Of a stretch of 64,000 nucleotides of DNA, positions 25,396 to 34,710 are shown in pieces. This stretch comes from Aquificaceae bacterium (GTDB lineage Bacteria > Aquificota > Aquificia > Aquificales > Aquificaceae): the NCBI GenBank assembly GCA_041640635.1, contig JBEPZX010000006.1, positions 16,586 through 80,585 of the forward strand, given 5' to 3'. Below the pieces are notes generated by a model. That model was not told the DNA's origin and ran no database searches. It worked only from the letters and a program-made list of their open reading frames with translations. The position numbers and the translations under genes were made by a program. The number at the start of each line of letters is the position of its first letter. Within the stretch, counting starts at the first letter, position 1.

Positions 25396-26421
25396 ATGGT
25401 TGGTACTGTTTATTTGAATGATAAAACAAGAGTTTTAGTTATAGGTATAACTGGAAGAGAAGCATCCCAAGTAGTTACAGAATCTGAATCGCTTTATCCA
25501 GGTTTTGTGGTAGCTGGTGTGACTCCTGGTAAAGGTGGTTCACAGGTGGCGGGCAAACCCGTTTACAATACGGTTAAAGAAGCTCTGTCAAAACATCCGG
25601 AAATAAACACAGGTCTAATATATGTACCTCCTTCTTCGGTAAGAGATGCCGTTATAGAGCTAATCGATAATAACATAAAACTAATCTATATAGTTACAGA
25701 ACATGTCCCTATAAGGGATACTGTTTACTTCTATCATTACGCAAAGGAAAAAGGGGCCATAATAGTAGGTCCTACATCTTTGGGATGTATAGTACCTAGA
25801 ATTCCAGCAAGGATTGGTGCGGTAGGTGGGAAAAATCCTTCTATAGCTTACGCTAATGGTGGTTTAGTTATACTTTCTAAGTCTGGTGGACTTACAACTA
25901 CAACTGCGGAGATGTTCAAAAGAAGAGGATGGGGAGTTTATATGGCTTTAGCTTTAGGTGGAGATGTTATATCGTGTACTACTTTTGCCGATGTTTTGGA
26001 AAATATAGCGGATGATAGCAACGTAAAGGGTGTGATCATACAAGGAGAGGTTGGTGGCTCTTACGAAGAGAAGGCGGCAGAAACTATACTTAGATTATAC
26101 AAAGAAGGCAGATGGAACAAGCCAGTAGCCGCTTTTGTGGCAGGTAAGTTTCAAGAAAAGCTAGAAGGTGTATCTTTTGGGCATGCAGGAGCAATAGTAG
26201 AAAGAGGTAAAGGCAAAGCTACAGATAAAATAAGAATGTTTAACGAGGTAGGAAAAGAAACTGGGCTTGTAAAAGTGGCAGAATTTTACCATGACCTCGT
26301 TCATTGTATAGAGGAGTTGGGAGTGCCTAGGGACTTTGAAGACACTACCCCAGAAGGAAGAGTAAAACCTCTGTATTCTACCATAGATACACAAACATGC
26401 ATGTTTAATCCTTCTGCTTAA
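25396..26421 (+). CDS. ccsB: Citryl-CoA synthetase small subunit
   Basis: SucD-like CoA-binding fold (GITG, GVTPGKGG, SKSGGLT), phospho-His FGHAGA; adjacent to ccsA. Confidence 0.88.
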   Translation: MVGTVYLNDKTRVLVIGITGREASQVVTESESLYPGFVVAGVTPGKGGSQVAGKPVYNTVKEALSKHPEINTGLIYVPPSSVRDAVIELIDNNIKLIYIVTEHVPIRDTVYFYHYAKEKGAIIVGPTSLGCIVPRIPARIGAVGGKNPSIAYANGGLVILSKSGGLTTTTAEMFKRRGWGVYMALALGGDVISCTTFADVLENIADDSNVKGVIIQGEVGGSYEEKAAETILRLYKEGRWNKPVAAFVAGKFQEKLEGVSFGHAGAIVERGKGKATDKIRMFNEVGKETGLVKVAEFYHDLVHCIEELGVPRDFEDTTPEGRVKPLYSTIDTQTCMFNPSA

Positions 26422-26427
26422 ATTCAG

Positions 26428-26456
26428 GAAAGCCAGGTGCCTGGCTTTCTTCTTTA
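26428..26456 (+). terminator. Intrinsic terminator after ccsB
   Basis: Perfect inverted repeat GAAAGCCAGG-tg-CCTGGCTTTC followed by TTCTTT. Confidence 0.8.
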
Positions 26457-26504
26457 AGTTCTAATTCAAAAGTATTCTCATGAAGAATTGAGATTATAAG
26501 ATGC

Positions 26505-27137
26505 CTATATTATTTCAAATGTGGCGCTAGTTCCTAGTCTTTGAGCTCCAAGGTTTATAAATTCTATAGCTTGCTCCTTTGTCCTTATGCCCCCTGCCGC
26601 TTTAATTTTTATTCTACCCTTACCAGCTCTCTTTAAAAGGATAATATCCTCCTCTGTAGCTCCTCTTGGAGCATATCCTGTAGATGTCTTTACAAACTCC
26701 ACACCAGCATCTATTAATATTTCTAAAACCCTTATCTTCTCTTCATCAGTAAGGTATGCCGTTTCTATTATGAACTTTCTTGTAAAGCCTTGGGTGTTTC
26801 TTGTTATGGTGTTTACTTCCTCCTTTACGTAATCCCATAAACCGCTTTTTAAAGCGGATATGTTTATTACTATATCTAACTCTGAGGCACCATCCTCCAA
26901 GGCTTTTAAAGCAGTATAAAGCTTTTTTTCCTTTCCTTCAGCTCCAAATGGAAAGGATATGACGGAACAAACAATTAGCTTTCTTTCAGAAATCCTTGCA
27001 ACTTCTTTGACCCAAAAGCTATTTACACAAACAGCGTAAACTCCCTTTTCTAAGCATTTAACTACCTGTTCCTCTAAATCTTTAAACGTATGGTTTGGTT
27101 TAAGTATAGAGTGATCAATGTACTTTGCTAAATCCAC
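26505..27137 (-). CDS. deoC: Deoxyribose-phosphate aldolase
   Basis: IDHSILKP, K.IIET, FVKTSTG, IKAAGGIR, RLGTS. Confidence 0.95.
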   Translation of the reverse strand: MDLAKYIDHSILKPNHTFKDLEEQVVKCLEKGVYAVCVNSFWVKEVARISERKLIVCSVISFPFGAEGKEKKLYTALKALEDGASELDIVINISALKSGLWDYVKEEVNTITRNTQGFTRKFIIETAYLTDEEKIRVLEILIDAGVEFVKTSTGYAPRGATEEDIILLKRAGKGRIKIKAAGGIRTKEQAIEFINLGAQRLGTSATFEII

Positions 27138-28054
27138 GAGGATACACCGTAAGTCATATCATGATAAAGAGAAAGTAAGGCTTTGGCTCCTTCTCCAGCT
27201 GCACTTATAATTTGTTTAGCAAATACGCTAGTACAGTCTCCTGCAGCATAGATACCTTTTTCTGATGTCCTATTGTTACAATCTATGACAATTTCCTCTC
27301 TTGTATTTACTAAAACACCAAGCTTTTTAGCTATTTCTGTGTTTGGTTTTAATCCTACTTCTACAAATACTCCCTCTACAGGTATCGTATAAACTTTAGA
27401 ACTTGACATATCTTCTACAACTATCTCCTTTACTGTTTGATTTCCCCTCACTTCTATTACCTTATGTCTAAGCAAAGGTATGACCTTTGGGTTACTTAAT
27501 ACCTTTCTCTGCAAAATTTCATCCGCCTTGAACTTATCAAGAAATTCCAAAAGGTAAATTTTATTAGCATAGTTTATTAGTTGTTCAGCAGCTTCAAAAC
27601 CAGAATTTCCCCCACCTACTACGGCTACATCCTTCCCTTTGAAAAAGGGTGAATCGCATGTATAGCAGTAAGAAACACCTCTTCCAATAAACTCCTTTTC
27701 ACCAGGCACATTGAGTTTTTTGTGCTCTGCCCCTGTACAAAACATAAGATATTCGGACTCATAAACCTTTCCAGAAATGCCAATGAGTCTAAAACCACCT
27801 TCTATTTTCTCAGCATCAACAATTTGGTCATATATGGGCTCAATACCAAGCTTTTGCATATGTTGTATCATCTTTTCAACGAAAGAAACGCCATCTACTA
27901 TAGCGTAACCTAAGTAATTTTCTATGTCTCCTGCCTTCATAACCTGCCCGCCTATTTCTGAAGTTATTAAAAGAAAATCCATCATTTTTCTTGAGGCGTA
28001 TATGGCAGCAGATATCCCAGCAGGACCACCACCTAAAATAATTAGCTTTCTCAT
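27128..28054 (-). CDS. Thioredoxin-reductase-family disulfide oxidoreductase
   Basis: GGGPAG, GVSYCYTCD redox CxxC, VGGGNSG, IYAAGD. Confidence 0.88.
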   Translation of the reverse strand: MRKLIILGGGPAGISAAIYASRKMMDFLLITSEIGGQVMKAGDIENYLGYAIVDGVSFVEKMIQHMQKLGIEPIYDQIVDAEKIEGGFRLIGISGKVYESEYLMFCTGAEHKKLNVPGEKEFIGRGVSYCYTCDSPFFKGKDVAVVGGGNSGFEAAEQLINYANKIYLLEFLDKFKADEILQRKVLSNPKVIPLLRHKVIEVRGNQTVKEIVVEDMSSSKVYTIPVEGVFVEVGLKPNTEIAKKLGVLVNTREEIVIDCNNRTSEKGIYAAGDCTSVFAKQIISAAGEGAKALLSLYHDMTYGVSSWI

Positions 28055-28608
28055 ATCTGTATACGAGCAAATTTAGCTCTTCCCTCTTCAAATATGTCTC
28101 CACCGTATATATCGTTAGCAACTATCACAGGAAAATCTTCTACATAAAGCCTTCTTACAGCTTCTGTACCCAGGTCTTCGTAAGCTATGATTTCAGAAGA
28201 TTTTATACACTTAGCAAGAAGAGTTGCTACTCCTCCTACCGCTGCAAAGTAAACCGCTTTGTATTGTTTTAACAGTTCTTTCACTTGAGGAGATCTATAA
28301 CCTTTACCTATCATACCTTTTAGACCAAGTTTTAGGAGCGGCTCTACATACTTATCCATTCTTATAGCTGTAGTTGGACCTGCAGAGCCTATAACTTGTC
28401 CAGGCTTTGGTGGTGTTGGACCTACGTAATAAATTACTTGCCCATGCATATCAAAGGGTAAGCTTTCACCTCTTTGTAGAGCTTCAACCATCCTTTTATG
28501 AGCCGCATCTCTAGCTGTATATATATATCCTGTTATAAAAACTTTGTCTCCCGCTCTTAGATTTTCTATAACCTCATCTGTAAGAGGCGTAATAATGTGT
28601 TTTCCCAT
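28051..28608 (-). CDS. Fe-S hydro-lyase beta subunit (class I fumarate hydratase C-terminal subunit)
   Basis: TARDAAHKR, YYVGP, AGPTTAIRM, MIGKG. Confidence 0.88.
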   Translation of the reverse strand: MGKHIITPLTDEVIENLRAGDKVFITGYIYTARDAAHKRMVEALQRGESLPFDMHGQVIYYVGPTPPKPGQVIGSAGPTTAIRMDKYVEPLLKLGLKGMIGKGYRSPQVKELLKQYKAVYFAAVGGVATLLAKCIKSSEIIAYEDLGTEAVRRLYVEDFPVIVANDIYGGDIFEEGRAKFARIQI

Positions 28609-28737
28609 AATGTAAAAATTATATACCTAAATCTTTTTTCAAACTAAGTTACCAAATTATTTACATTAACTGTTTTTTATCAGATTAATATTGTGTATGT
28701 TATATAAATAAAATAAATATCATTTGACTTATGATAA

Positions 28738-28779
28738 GTGATTATTATCAATCGGTCTAAATACCTAAGCATATAAAAT
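28738..28779 (+). promoter_or_regulatory. FNR/DNR-like box (GTGAT-tatt-ATCAA, 28738-28751) and -10 element TAAAAT (28774-28779) of the cox operon
   Basis: One mismatch to TTGAT-N4-ATCAA; spacing to the -10 fits a class II activation site. Confidence 0.55.
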
Positions 28780-28811
28780 AGAAAAAGCAAACTCAGTAGG
28801 AGGTAAAAAAA

Positions 28812-29585
28812 ATGACTGAACACGGAGGACACCATCTGGGAGAACACGAAACTAGTTTTTGGCCATTCCCTGTTGGCTTGGGGATATTGCTTACACCCAT
28901 CTCTCTTGTTACATACTTTGGATGGAAAATGCAAATGCCCGGTTTAATTTTGGGCGCGGTAGGAGTCCTTTTGATTATATTTGGATTGATAGGTTGGGCA
29001 AATGAAGTCTTTAGTAAAGGACATGAAGAAGGTTTAGGTACACTGGCTATAGCCATGTTTATATCAACAGAAGTAATAATTTTCGGCACCATGTTTGCAG
29101 CTTTTTGGGCAGCAAGAGTAGGTAAATCCGATATATGGAAACAATGGGTCCCAGAGATAAATTTTATCCTCCCAATAATTCTTACTCTAATACTGTGGGC
29201 ATCCAGTATTAGTATTTTGATATCTGAAAAAGCAATGGAAGAAGGGAAAAGAAGTAAATCTGCTGCTTTCTTGATAGTTACTATAGCTTTAGGGGCTGCA
29301 TTTACTATTATTCACGTTCAAGAGTGGATCCACTTATGGCACGCTGGATTTACGTTAAGTTCCAATATGTACGGTACAGGATTTTATGCTTTAACTGGAA
29401 TCCACACCTCTCACGTTATAGTTGGTATAATAGCTCAGTTATACGTGTTGTGGTTAGTTCTTGCCAATAAGATGACGCATCACAAGACAACACTCTTTAG
29501 GGCAGTAAGTATGTACTGGCATTTTGTAGATTTAATGTGGCTTCTAGTTGCAAGTACAGCTTATGTAATAGGCGGTCTAATATGA
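28812..29585 (+). CDS. coxC: Cytochrome c oxidase subunit III
   Basis: FISTEVIIF, YGTGFYALTGIHTSHV, YWHFVDLMW; AGGAGGT RBS. Confidence 0.92.
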   Translation: MTEHGGHHLGEHETSFWPFPVGLGILLTPISLVTYFGWKMQMPGLILGAVGVLLIIFGLIGWANEVFSKGHEEGLGTLAIAMFISTEVIIFGTMFAAFWAARVGKSDIWKQWVPEINFILPIILTLILWASSISILISEKAMEEGKRSKSAAFLIVTIALGAAFTIIHVQEWIHLWHAGFTLSSNMYGTGFYALTGIHTSHVIVGIIAQLYVLWLVLANKMTHHKTTLFRAVSMYWHFVDLMWLLVASTAYVIGGLI

Positions 29586-30355
29586 TGCTACTGTTATCTT
29601 TGCTATTACCCTTTGTTTTGCTAGCATACAACAACCCTATGGATAAGGTAGGTACTTTTGATCCTTCTAGTTTGCAAATCAATCAAGAATACTACTTAGG
29701 TAAAAAGATAGGAGAGTACGCACTACTTACAGAAAGTGGCTTTACAAATTTATATCGTGTTATCGATGGTAAAGCCACCATCCTTCAATTTGCTTATTAC
29801 ACCTGTGATGCAGCATGTCCATTGATAACGGAAAATACTCTAAAAAGCCTTAATGAATTGAAGGACAATAATTACAACGTATTGGTTGTATCCTTTGATA
29901 AAAGAGATAATATGGATACTTTGAAGTCATATAAAGCAAAACTTGAAGAAAAATACGGAAACATCCCACCAAATTGGACTTTTGCACTACTAAGTCAAGA
30001 AGATATAAATAAACTCACTCAAGATGTGGGCTTTAAGTTTTTTTACTCTGAAAAGGATAAGACTTTTGTACATACTAATGTACTGATTTTTATCTCACCT
30101 AGTGGTTTGATTACAAGATATCTTTTCGGTGTAGATCCCAATAGCAAAGACATAAGATTAGCTTTAGCAAATGCTAGGATAGAGAAGCCATCAATAACTA
30201 CAATACTTGATGCTGCTCTTTTGGCCTGCTATCGCTATGACCCGGTTCGTAGCAGGTATGTTCTAGATCCAGCAATAATTTTCCCAATAGCAGGTGTAAT
30301 TTTACTAATAACCACAGGTGTTTTATCTGTAACTTTTAAAAGAAAGGAGGTATAA
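29582..30355 (+). CDS. SCO-family copper chaperone
   Basis: CDAAC (CxxxC) motif, VSFD, FVH, C-terminal TM; start moved to ATG 29582 (ATGA overlap with coxC). Confidence 0.9.
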   Translation: MMLLLSLLLPFVLLAYNNPMDKVGTFDPSSLQINQEYYLGKKIGEYALLTESGFTNLYRVIDGKATILQFAYYTCDAACPLITENTLKSLNELKDNNYNVLVVSFDKRDNMDTLKSYKAKLEEKYGNIPPNWTFALLSQEDINKLTQDVGFKFFYSEKDKTFVHTNVLIFISPSGLITRYLFGVDPNSKDIRLALANARIEKPSITTILDAALLACYRYDPVRSRYVLDPAIIFPIAGVILLITTGVLSVTFKRKEV

Positions 30356-30357
30356 AC

Positions 30358-31080
30358 ATGCGTAAAGTTCTAGGTGTTCTTGGCTTTGTTGGCCTTGCAA
30401 ATGCAGAACCTTTGGCCTATCCTGCTCCTCTTTGGAACAATATATACCTCATATGGTTGTTTATAGCGGTTGTTATTTATCTGGTTGTGTCCATTCCTAT
30501 GTTGTACTTTATGTTTAAGTATAGGTACAAAAAAGGAGTAAATGAAGTTGGGGAACATATTCATGGTAACAATGCTTTAGAAATACTTTGGACTTTGATA
30601 CCACTTCTTGTCGTTATATACCTAGCAACACAATCTTTTGCATACTACAGAGATCAAAGAAAACCTCCCGAGAATGCTATGGAACTAAAGATTACAGCAT
30701 TCATGTGGGGGTGGGAAGTGGAATATCCAAATGGTAAAAAAGTGTATGCCTTCTTCAATGAACAATACAAAATTCCCGAAGAACAAAAGATAGTACTTCC
30801 TGAAAAAACCCCTATAAAGGTACTTTTAACCTCAAGAGATGTAGTACATGCCTTCTATGTACATCCTGCGAAAGTAATGGAAGATGCTGTACCTGGAAGA
30901 ATTACACATCTTTGGTTTCAAATAAACAAACCAGGTGAGTATTGGTCCTTTTGTAGAGAATACTGTGGAACTCAACACTCAAGAATGGTTGCTATACTAA
31001 AGGTTGTTCCTAAAGAAGAGTTTACAGCTTGGGCAAATGGAGATAATTCTAAGCAAGCTAACGTAAGTAATAACTTTTAA
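30358..31080 (+). CDS. coxB: Cytochrome c oxidase subunit II
   Basis: LEILWT, DVVHAF, CREYCGTQHSRM CuA site. Confidence 0.95.
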   Translation: MRKVLGVLGFVGLANAEPLAYPAPLWNNIYLIWLFIAVVIYLVVSIPMLYFMFKYRYKKGVNEVGEHIHGNNALEILWTLIPLLVVIYLATQSFAYYRDQRKPPENAMELKITAFMWGWEVEYPNGKKVYAFFNEQYKIPEEQKIVLPEKTPIKVLLTSRDVVHAFYVHPAKVMEDAVPGRITHLWFQINKPGEYWSFCREYCGTQHSRMVAILKVVPKEEFTAWANGDNSKQANVSNNF

Positions 31081-31092
31081 AGGAGGTGTACT

Positions 31093-32700
31093 ATGGCAGT
31101 AACTGCCCCATACCGTCCGTGGTATAGCGCAGGTATTAAAGAGTGGATCCTTACCACGGACCATAAGAAAATAGGTTTATTTTATGCTGTAACTACTGTT
31201 TTGTTTTTTGCCGTAGCCGGTTTAATGGGTCTAGGTATAAGATTAGAACTTTGGCAACCTGGAGAACAGTTCATATCTCCAGATACTTACAACTACTTTT
31301 TAACAGCTCATGGTGTTGTAGCATTGCTCTGGTGGGCAATAGGTGTATGGGGAGCTTTTGGTAATTTCCTCATACCTTTAATGGTAGGGGCAAGAGATGT
31401 TGCCTTTCCTAGGCTTAACGCCTTAGGCTGGTGGACATTTTTTGCAGCTAGCGTGCTTGTAATACTTACCTTCATACCCAGTAATCAAATAAGAATGATG
31501 TGGACAGGATATCCGCCTTTTTCCATAAATGAGAATGCAGGTCAAGCTATCATTTACATATTGGTAGTTCATTTGACGGGAGCCGCATCCATAATGGGTG
31601 CTATAAACTTTTTGGTGACTACTCTGAGAATGAGAGCTCCTGGAATAACCTTAAAAAATATGAACTTGATGCTTCATGGTATAGCAGCTGCAAATACCAT
31701 ACAGTTATTAGGTGTTCCATCTTTTGCTGGTGCAGTAACTATGCTCTTCATGGATAAGTATATAGGCACAAACTTCTTCAACCCAGAACTTGGTGGGGAC
31801 CCAGTTTTATATCAAAACGTTTTTTGGTTTTACTCTCACCCAGCTGTTTATGTAATGGTATTGCCTGCCTTTGGTGTGTTTTCTGAAGTTATATCTACAT
31901 TCTCTAGAAAACCCATATTTGGCCAAACTGCAATGATATTTGCTATCTGGGGTATAGCTATCTTGGGTTTTATGGTATGGATACATCACATGTTCACTTC
32001 GGGTGTTCCTGATTGGATAAGAATAGTTATGTCATATACAACTGTTCTTATAGGTGTTCCTACAGGTGTCAAGATATTCAACTGGGTAGGTACATTATAT
32101 AAAGGCTCTATAAGATACACAGTGCCTATGTTATTTACGTTAGGTGGCATATTTATGTTTCTCATTGGCGGTCTTACAGGTATACCTCTTGCTCTTCCAG
32201 CTTTTGATATAAATGTACATGACTCACACTTTGTAGTTGCTCACTTTCATTATGTATTAGGTATGGCTGTAACTTTTGGTGCTGTAAGCGGTATTTATTA
32301 CTGGTACCCTAAGGTAACAGGAAGGTTCTTTAATGAAACCTTAGGAAAGCTTAGTTTTTGGATATCTATGATAGGATCTAACCTATTCTACTTCTTCCAA
32401 TTTATAGTGGGATTGGAAGGTATGCCAAGAAGATATGCTGACTACCCACCTATACCTGAGTGGATATCTCTTCATCAAATACAAACTATTGGAGCTTTTA
32501 TATTAGCTTTTGGTTTACTATTGACTTTCATAAACTGGATTATTTCTGCATTCCTGGGTAAGAAAGCACCAGCTAATCCTTGGGATTCTAACTCTCTTGA
32601 ATGGAGTATACCATCGCCTCCACCCCCACATAACTTTGATAAAATACCAGAACTTCCTTCTGACTGGTCACCTTATGATTATCACAAAAAACATCATTAA
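31093..32700 (+). CDS. coxA: Cytochrome c oxidase subunit I (A2 type)
   Basis: TDHKKIG, TAHG, DVAFPRLN, WFYSHPAVY, WIHHMF, AHFHY, GMPRRY. Confidence 0.96.
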   Translation: MAVTAPYRPWYSAGIKEWILTTDHKKIGLFYAVTTVLFFAVAGLMGLGIRLELWQPGEQFISPDTYNYFLTAHGVVALLWWAIGVWGAFGNFLIPLMVGARDVAFPRLNALGWWTFFAASVLVILTFIPSNQIRMMWTGYPPFSINENAGQAIIYILVVHLTGAASIMGAINFLVTTLRMRAPGITLKNMNLMLHGIAAANTIQLLGVPSFAGAVTMLFMDKYIGTNFFNPELGGDPVLYQNVFWFYSHPAVYVMVLPAFGVFSEVISTFSRKPIFGQTAMIFAIWGIAILGFMVWIHHMFTSGVPDWIRIVMSYTTVLIGVPTGVKIFNWVGTLYKGSIRYTVPMLFTLGGIFMFLIGGLTGIPLALPAFDINVHDSHFVVAHFHYVLGMAVTFGAVSGIYYWYPKVTGRFFNETLGKLSFWISMIGSNLFYFFQFIVGLEGMPRRYADYPPIPEWISLHQIQTIGAFILAFGLLLTFINWIISAFLGKKAPANPWDSNSLEWSIPSPPPPHNFDKIPELPSDWSPYDYHKKHH

Positions 32701-32706
32701 AAACTT

Positions 32707-32726
32707 AAGGGGCTTTTGCCCCTTTT
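32707..32726 (+). terminator. Intrinsic terminator/attenuator after coxA
   Basis: AAGGGGC-tttt-GCCCCTT followed by TT. Confidence 0.75.
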
Positions 32727-32742
32727 AAATCAAGGAGTAAAG

Positions 32743-32910
32743 ATGTCTAAATATGTACTTACCATAATCATTCTTATATTTGTAGTTCTATCATATGTAT
32801 TAGGTATCTTAGCTTTTTCTTCTAAAGAAGCAAGAGAAAAAAGATGGCAAGAATATTACAAAAAGTATGAAAGTAAATTCAAGAAAAAAGTCGAGAAAAA
32901 AGATATATAA
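32743..32910 (+). CDS. Small single-TM protein (55 aa) in cox cluster
   Basis: AAGGAG RBS, ATG 32743; N-terminal hydrophobic helix and basic tail. Confidence 0.7.
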   Translation: MSKYVLTIIILIFVVLSYVLGILAFSSKEAREKRWQEYYKKYESKFKKKVEKKDI

Positions 32911-32958
32911 TTCTTTAGTTGATACTCCTCATTCTATAATAGTTTGGAGGATATACAT

Positions 32959-33813
32959 ATGTGGAGGCTATTTCTATTTTTAGCGGTAGTGTTTACCTAT
33001 TTAACCTTAATATGGGGTGGCTTAGTAAGATCTACAGATTCTGGTCTAGCTTGCCCTGAATGGCCACTTTGCTATGGAAACTTTACACCTCCTAAAGAAT
33101 TCTCTGCAAAACTAGAAATGGGACACAGAACCATTAGTGGTCTCGCAGGGATATTTGTTCTTCTTACTTTTGTATACACATGGAAATACTTCAAAGGATT
33201 ACCTAGAATAGCTGTTCTTTTCTCCTTAATATTCACAGCTAGTGCGGCTCTTACAGGAATGAAAATGATACGATTAGAAGCTCCTGAATTAAAATATGTA
33301 TCTCACATGCTATTGGAATCTTTTCATATATACGAATCTATGATTGTGCTAGGATCGTTAGTTTTAACCTATAGGTTAGCATCCAATTACAAACCGGAAG
33401 GTGGTATTCCTTTATGGGCATATGCTTTAGCACTTACCACCATGATAACTGGTGTTTTAGTTAGATATACAGGTTCAGGTCATGTATGTGGTTCTGAGTG
33501 GCCAACATGTAATGGTTTATTGATTCCAAATATTACAGACTGGCAAGTAGCTCTTCATTTCGCACATAGGAATATAGCATACTTAACCTGGATTGCCTTT
33601 TTACTAAACCTTTTGATTAATAAAAATAAATTAGCAGCTCTATCTTTTGTATTTATAAATATGCAATTTGTATTTGCTGTTGGTATGGTTTTGACAGATT
33701 TCTTCTTACCTATAGTATTCTTGGACATTGCCATGGGATTTTTCCTGTTTGGATGGTTAACCTACAATTTACAAATTGGTAGAACTTACGTTTACCAGCT
33801 AAGAACGGTGTAA
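32959..33813 (+). CDS. ctaA: Heme A synthase (COX15/CtaA family)
   Basis: DSGLACPEWPLC, EMGHR, second C..WPTC and HFAHR; ATG 32959 behind GGAGG. Confidence 0.88.
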   Translation: MWRLFLFLAVVFTYLTLIWGGLVRSTDSGLACPEWPLCYGNFTPPKEFSAKLEMGHRTISGLAGIFVLLTFVYTWKYFKGLPRIAVLFSLIFTASAALTGMKMIRLEAPELKYVSHMLLESFHIYESMIVLGSLVLTYRLASNYKPEGGIPLWAYALALTTMITGVLVRYTGSGHVCGSEWPTCNGLLIPNITDWQVALHFAHRNIAYLTWIAFLLNLLINKNKLAALSFVFINMQFVFAVGMVLTDFFLPIVFLDIAMGFFLFGWLTYNLQIGRTYVYQLRTV

Positions 33814-33817
33814 AGAT

Positions 33818-34708
33818 ATGGTAGGGAAAAGTGTAGCTAAAGCCATGAACATATCGCATACTATTAAAGATTACATAATACTTACAAAGCCAGGAATAGT
33901 TATACTTGTCTTAATCACAACTCTTACAGGTATGTACTTTGCTAAACGAGGCATGCCTGATGGACTTTTGGTATTTTGGACTTTGTTGGGTACAGGTCTG
34001 TCTTCGGCAGGAGCCGCTACTCTAAATCAGTACTTTGAAAGAGATATAGATAGCTTAATGACAAGAACTAAGAACAGACCACTTCCCCTTGGAAATATAA
34101 GCCCTAACAATGCTTTAATATTTGGTATATTCCTGACAATAGGTGGAATCATCATCCACTTAACTTTTGTAAATGAACTATCGGCCTTCTTAACAGCTAT
34201 AGCAAGCTTTGTATACGTTGTTATTTATACCATAGCCCTGAAAAGAAGGAGTCCTGTAGCTACAGAAATAGGTGGGATTTCAGGAGCTTTACCGCCAGTA
34301 ATAGGTTATGCAGCAGTTCTGAACAATATTAATATAGAAGCCCTTATCCTCTTTATTATCATGTTTCTTTGGCAGCCTCCGCATTTTTGGGTTTTGGCTA
34401 TAAAGTACTATCAGGATTACAAATTAGCTGGGATTCCTACTTTACCTGTTGCTAAAGGAATAAGTGAGGCAAAGATGAAAACCTTGGTTTATACTGCATC
34501 CTTGTTTCCTGTAAGCATAATGCCTGCAATTTTAGGAATGGCTGGGTCCATGTATTTTTATTCTGCAGTTGTTTTAAGTATGGTTTACATTGTCTTGACA
34601 CTTAGGTTTTTCTTTTCAAAAAAACCTAATGGAATGTTTCTCTTCTTTTACTCTATACTTTATTTGGCGTTACTGTTTTCCGTAATGGTGTTTGATATGA
34701 GGAGATAA
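33818..34708 (+). CDS. ctaB: Protoheme IX farnesyltransferase (heme O synthase)
   Basis: LTKPGI, NQYFERDIDSLMTRTKNRPLP, WQPPHFW, DYKLAGIP. Confidence 0.95.
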   Translation: MVGKSVAKAMNISHTIKDYIILTKPGIVILVLITTLTGMYFAKRGMPDGLLVFWTLLGTGLSSAGAATLNQYFERDIDSLMTRTKNRPLPLGNISPNNALIFGIFLTIGGIIIHLTFVNELSAFLTAIASFVYVVIYTIALKRRSPVATEIGGISGALPPVIGYAAVLNNINIEALILFIIMFLWQPPHFWVLAIKYYQDYKLAGIPTLPVAKGISEAKMKTLVYTASLFPVSIMPAILGMAGSMYFYSAVVLSMVYIVLTLRFFFSKKPNGMFLFFYSILYLALLFSVMVFDMRR

Positions 34709-34710
34709 GA

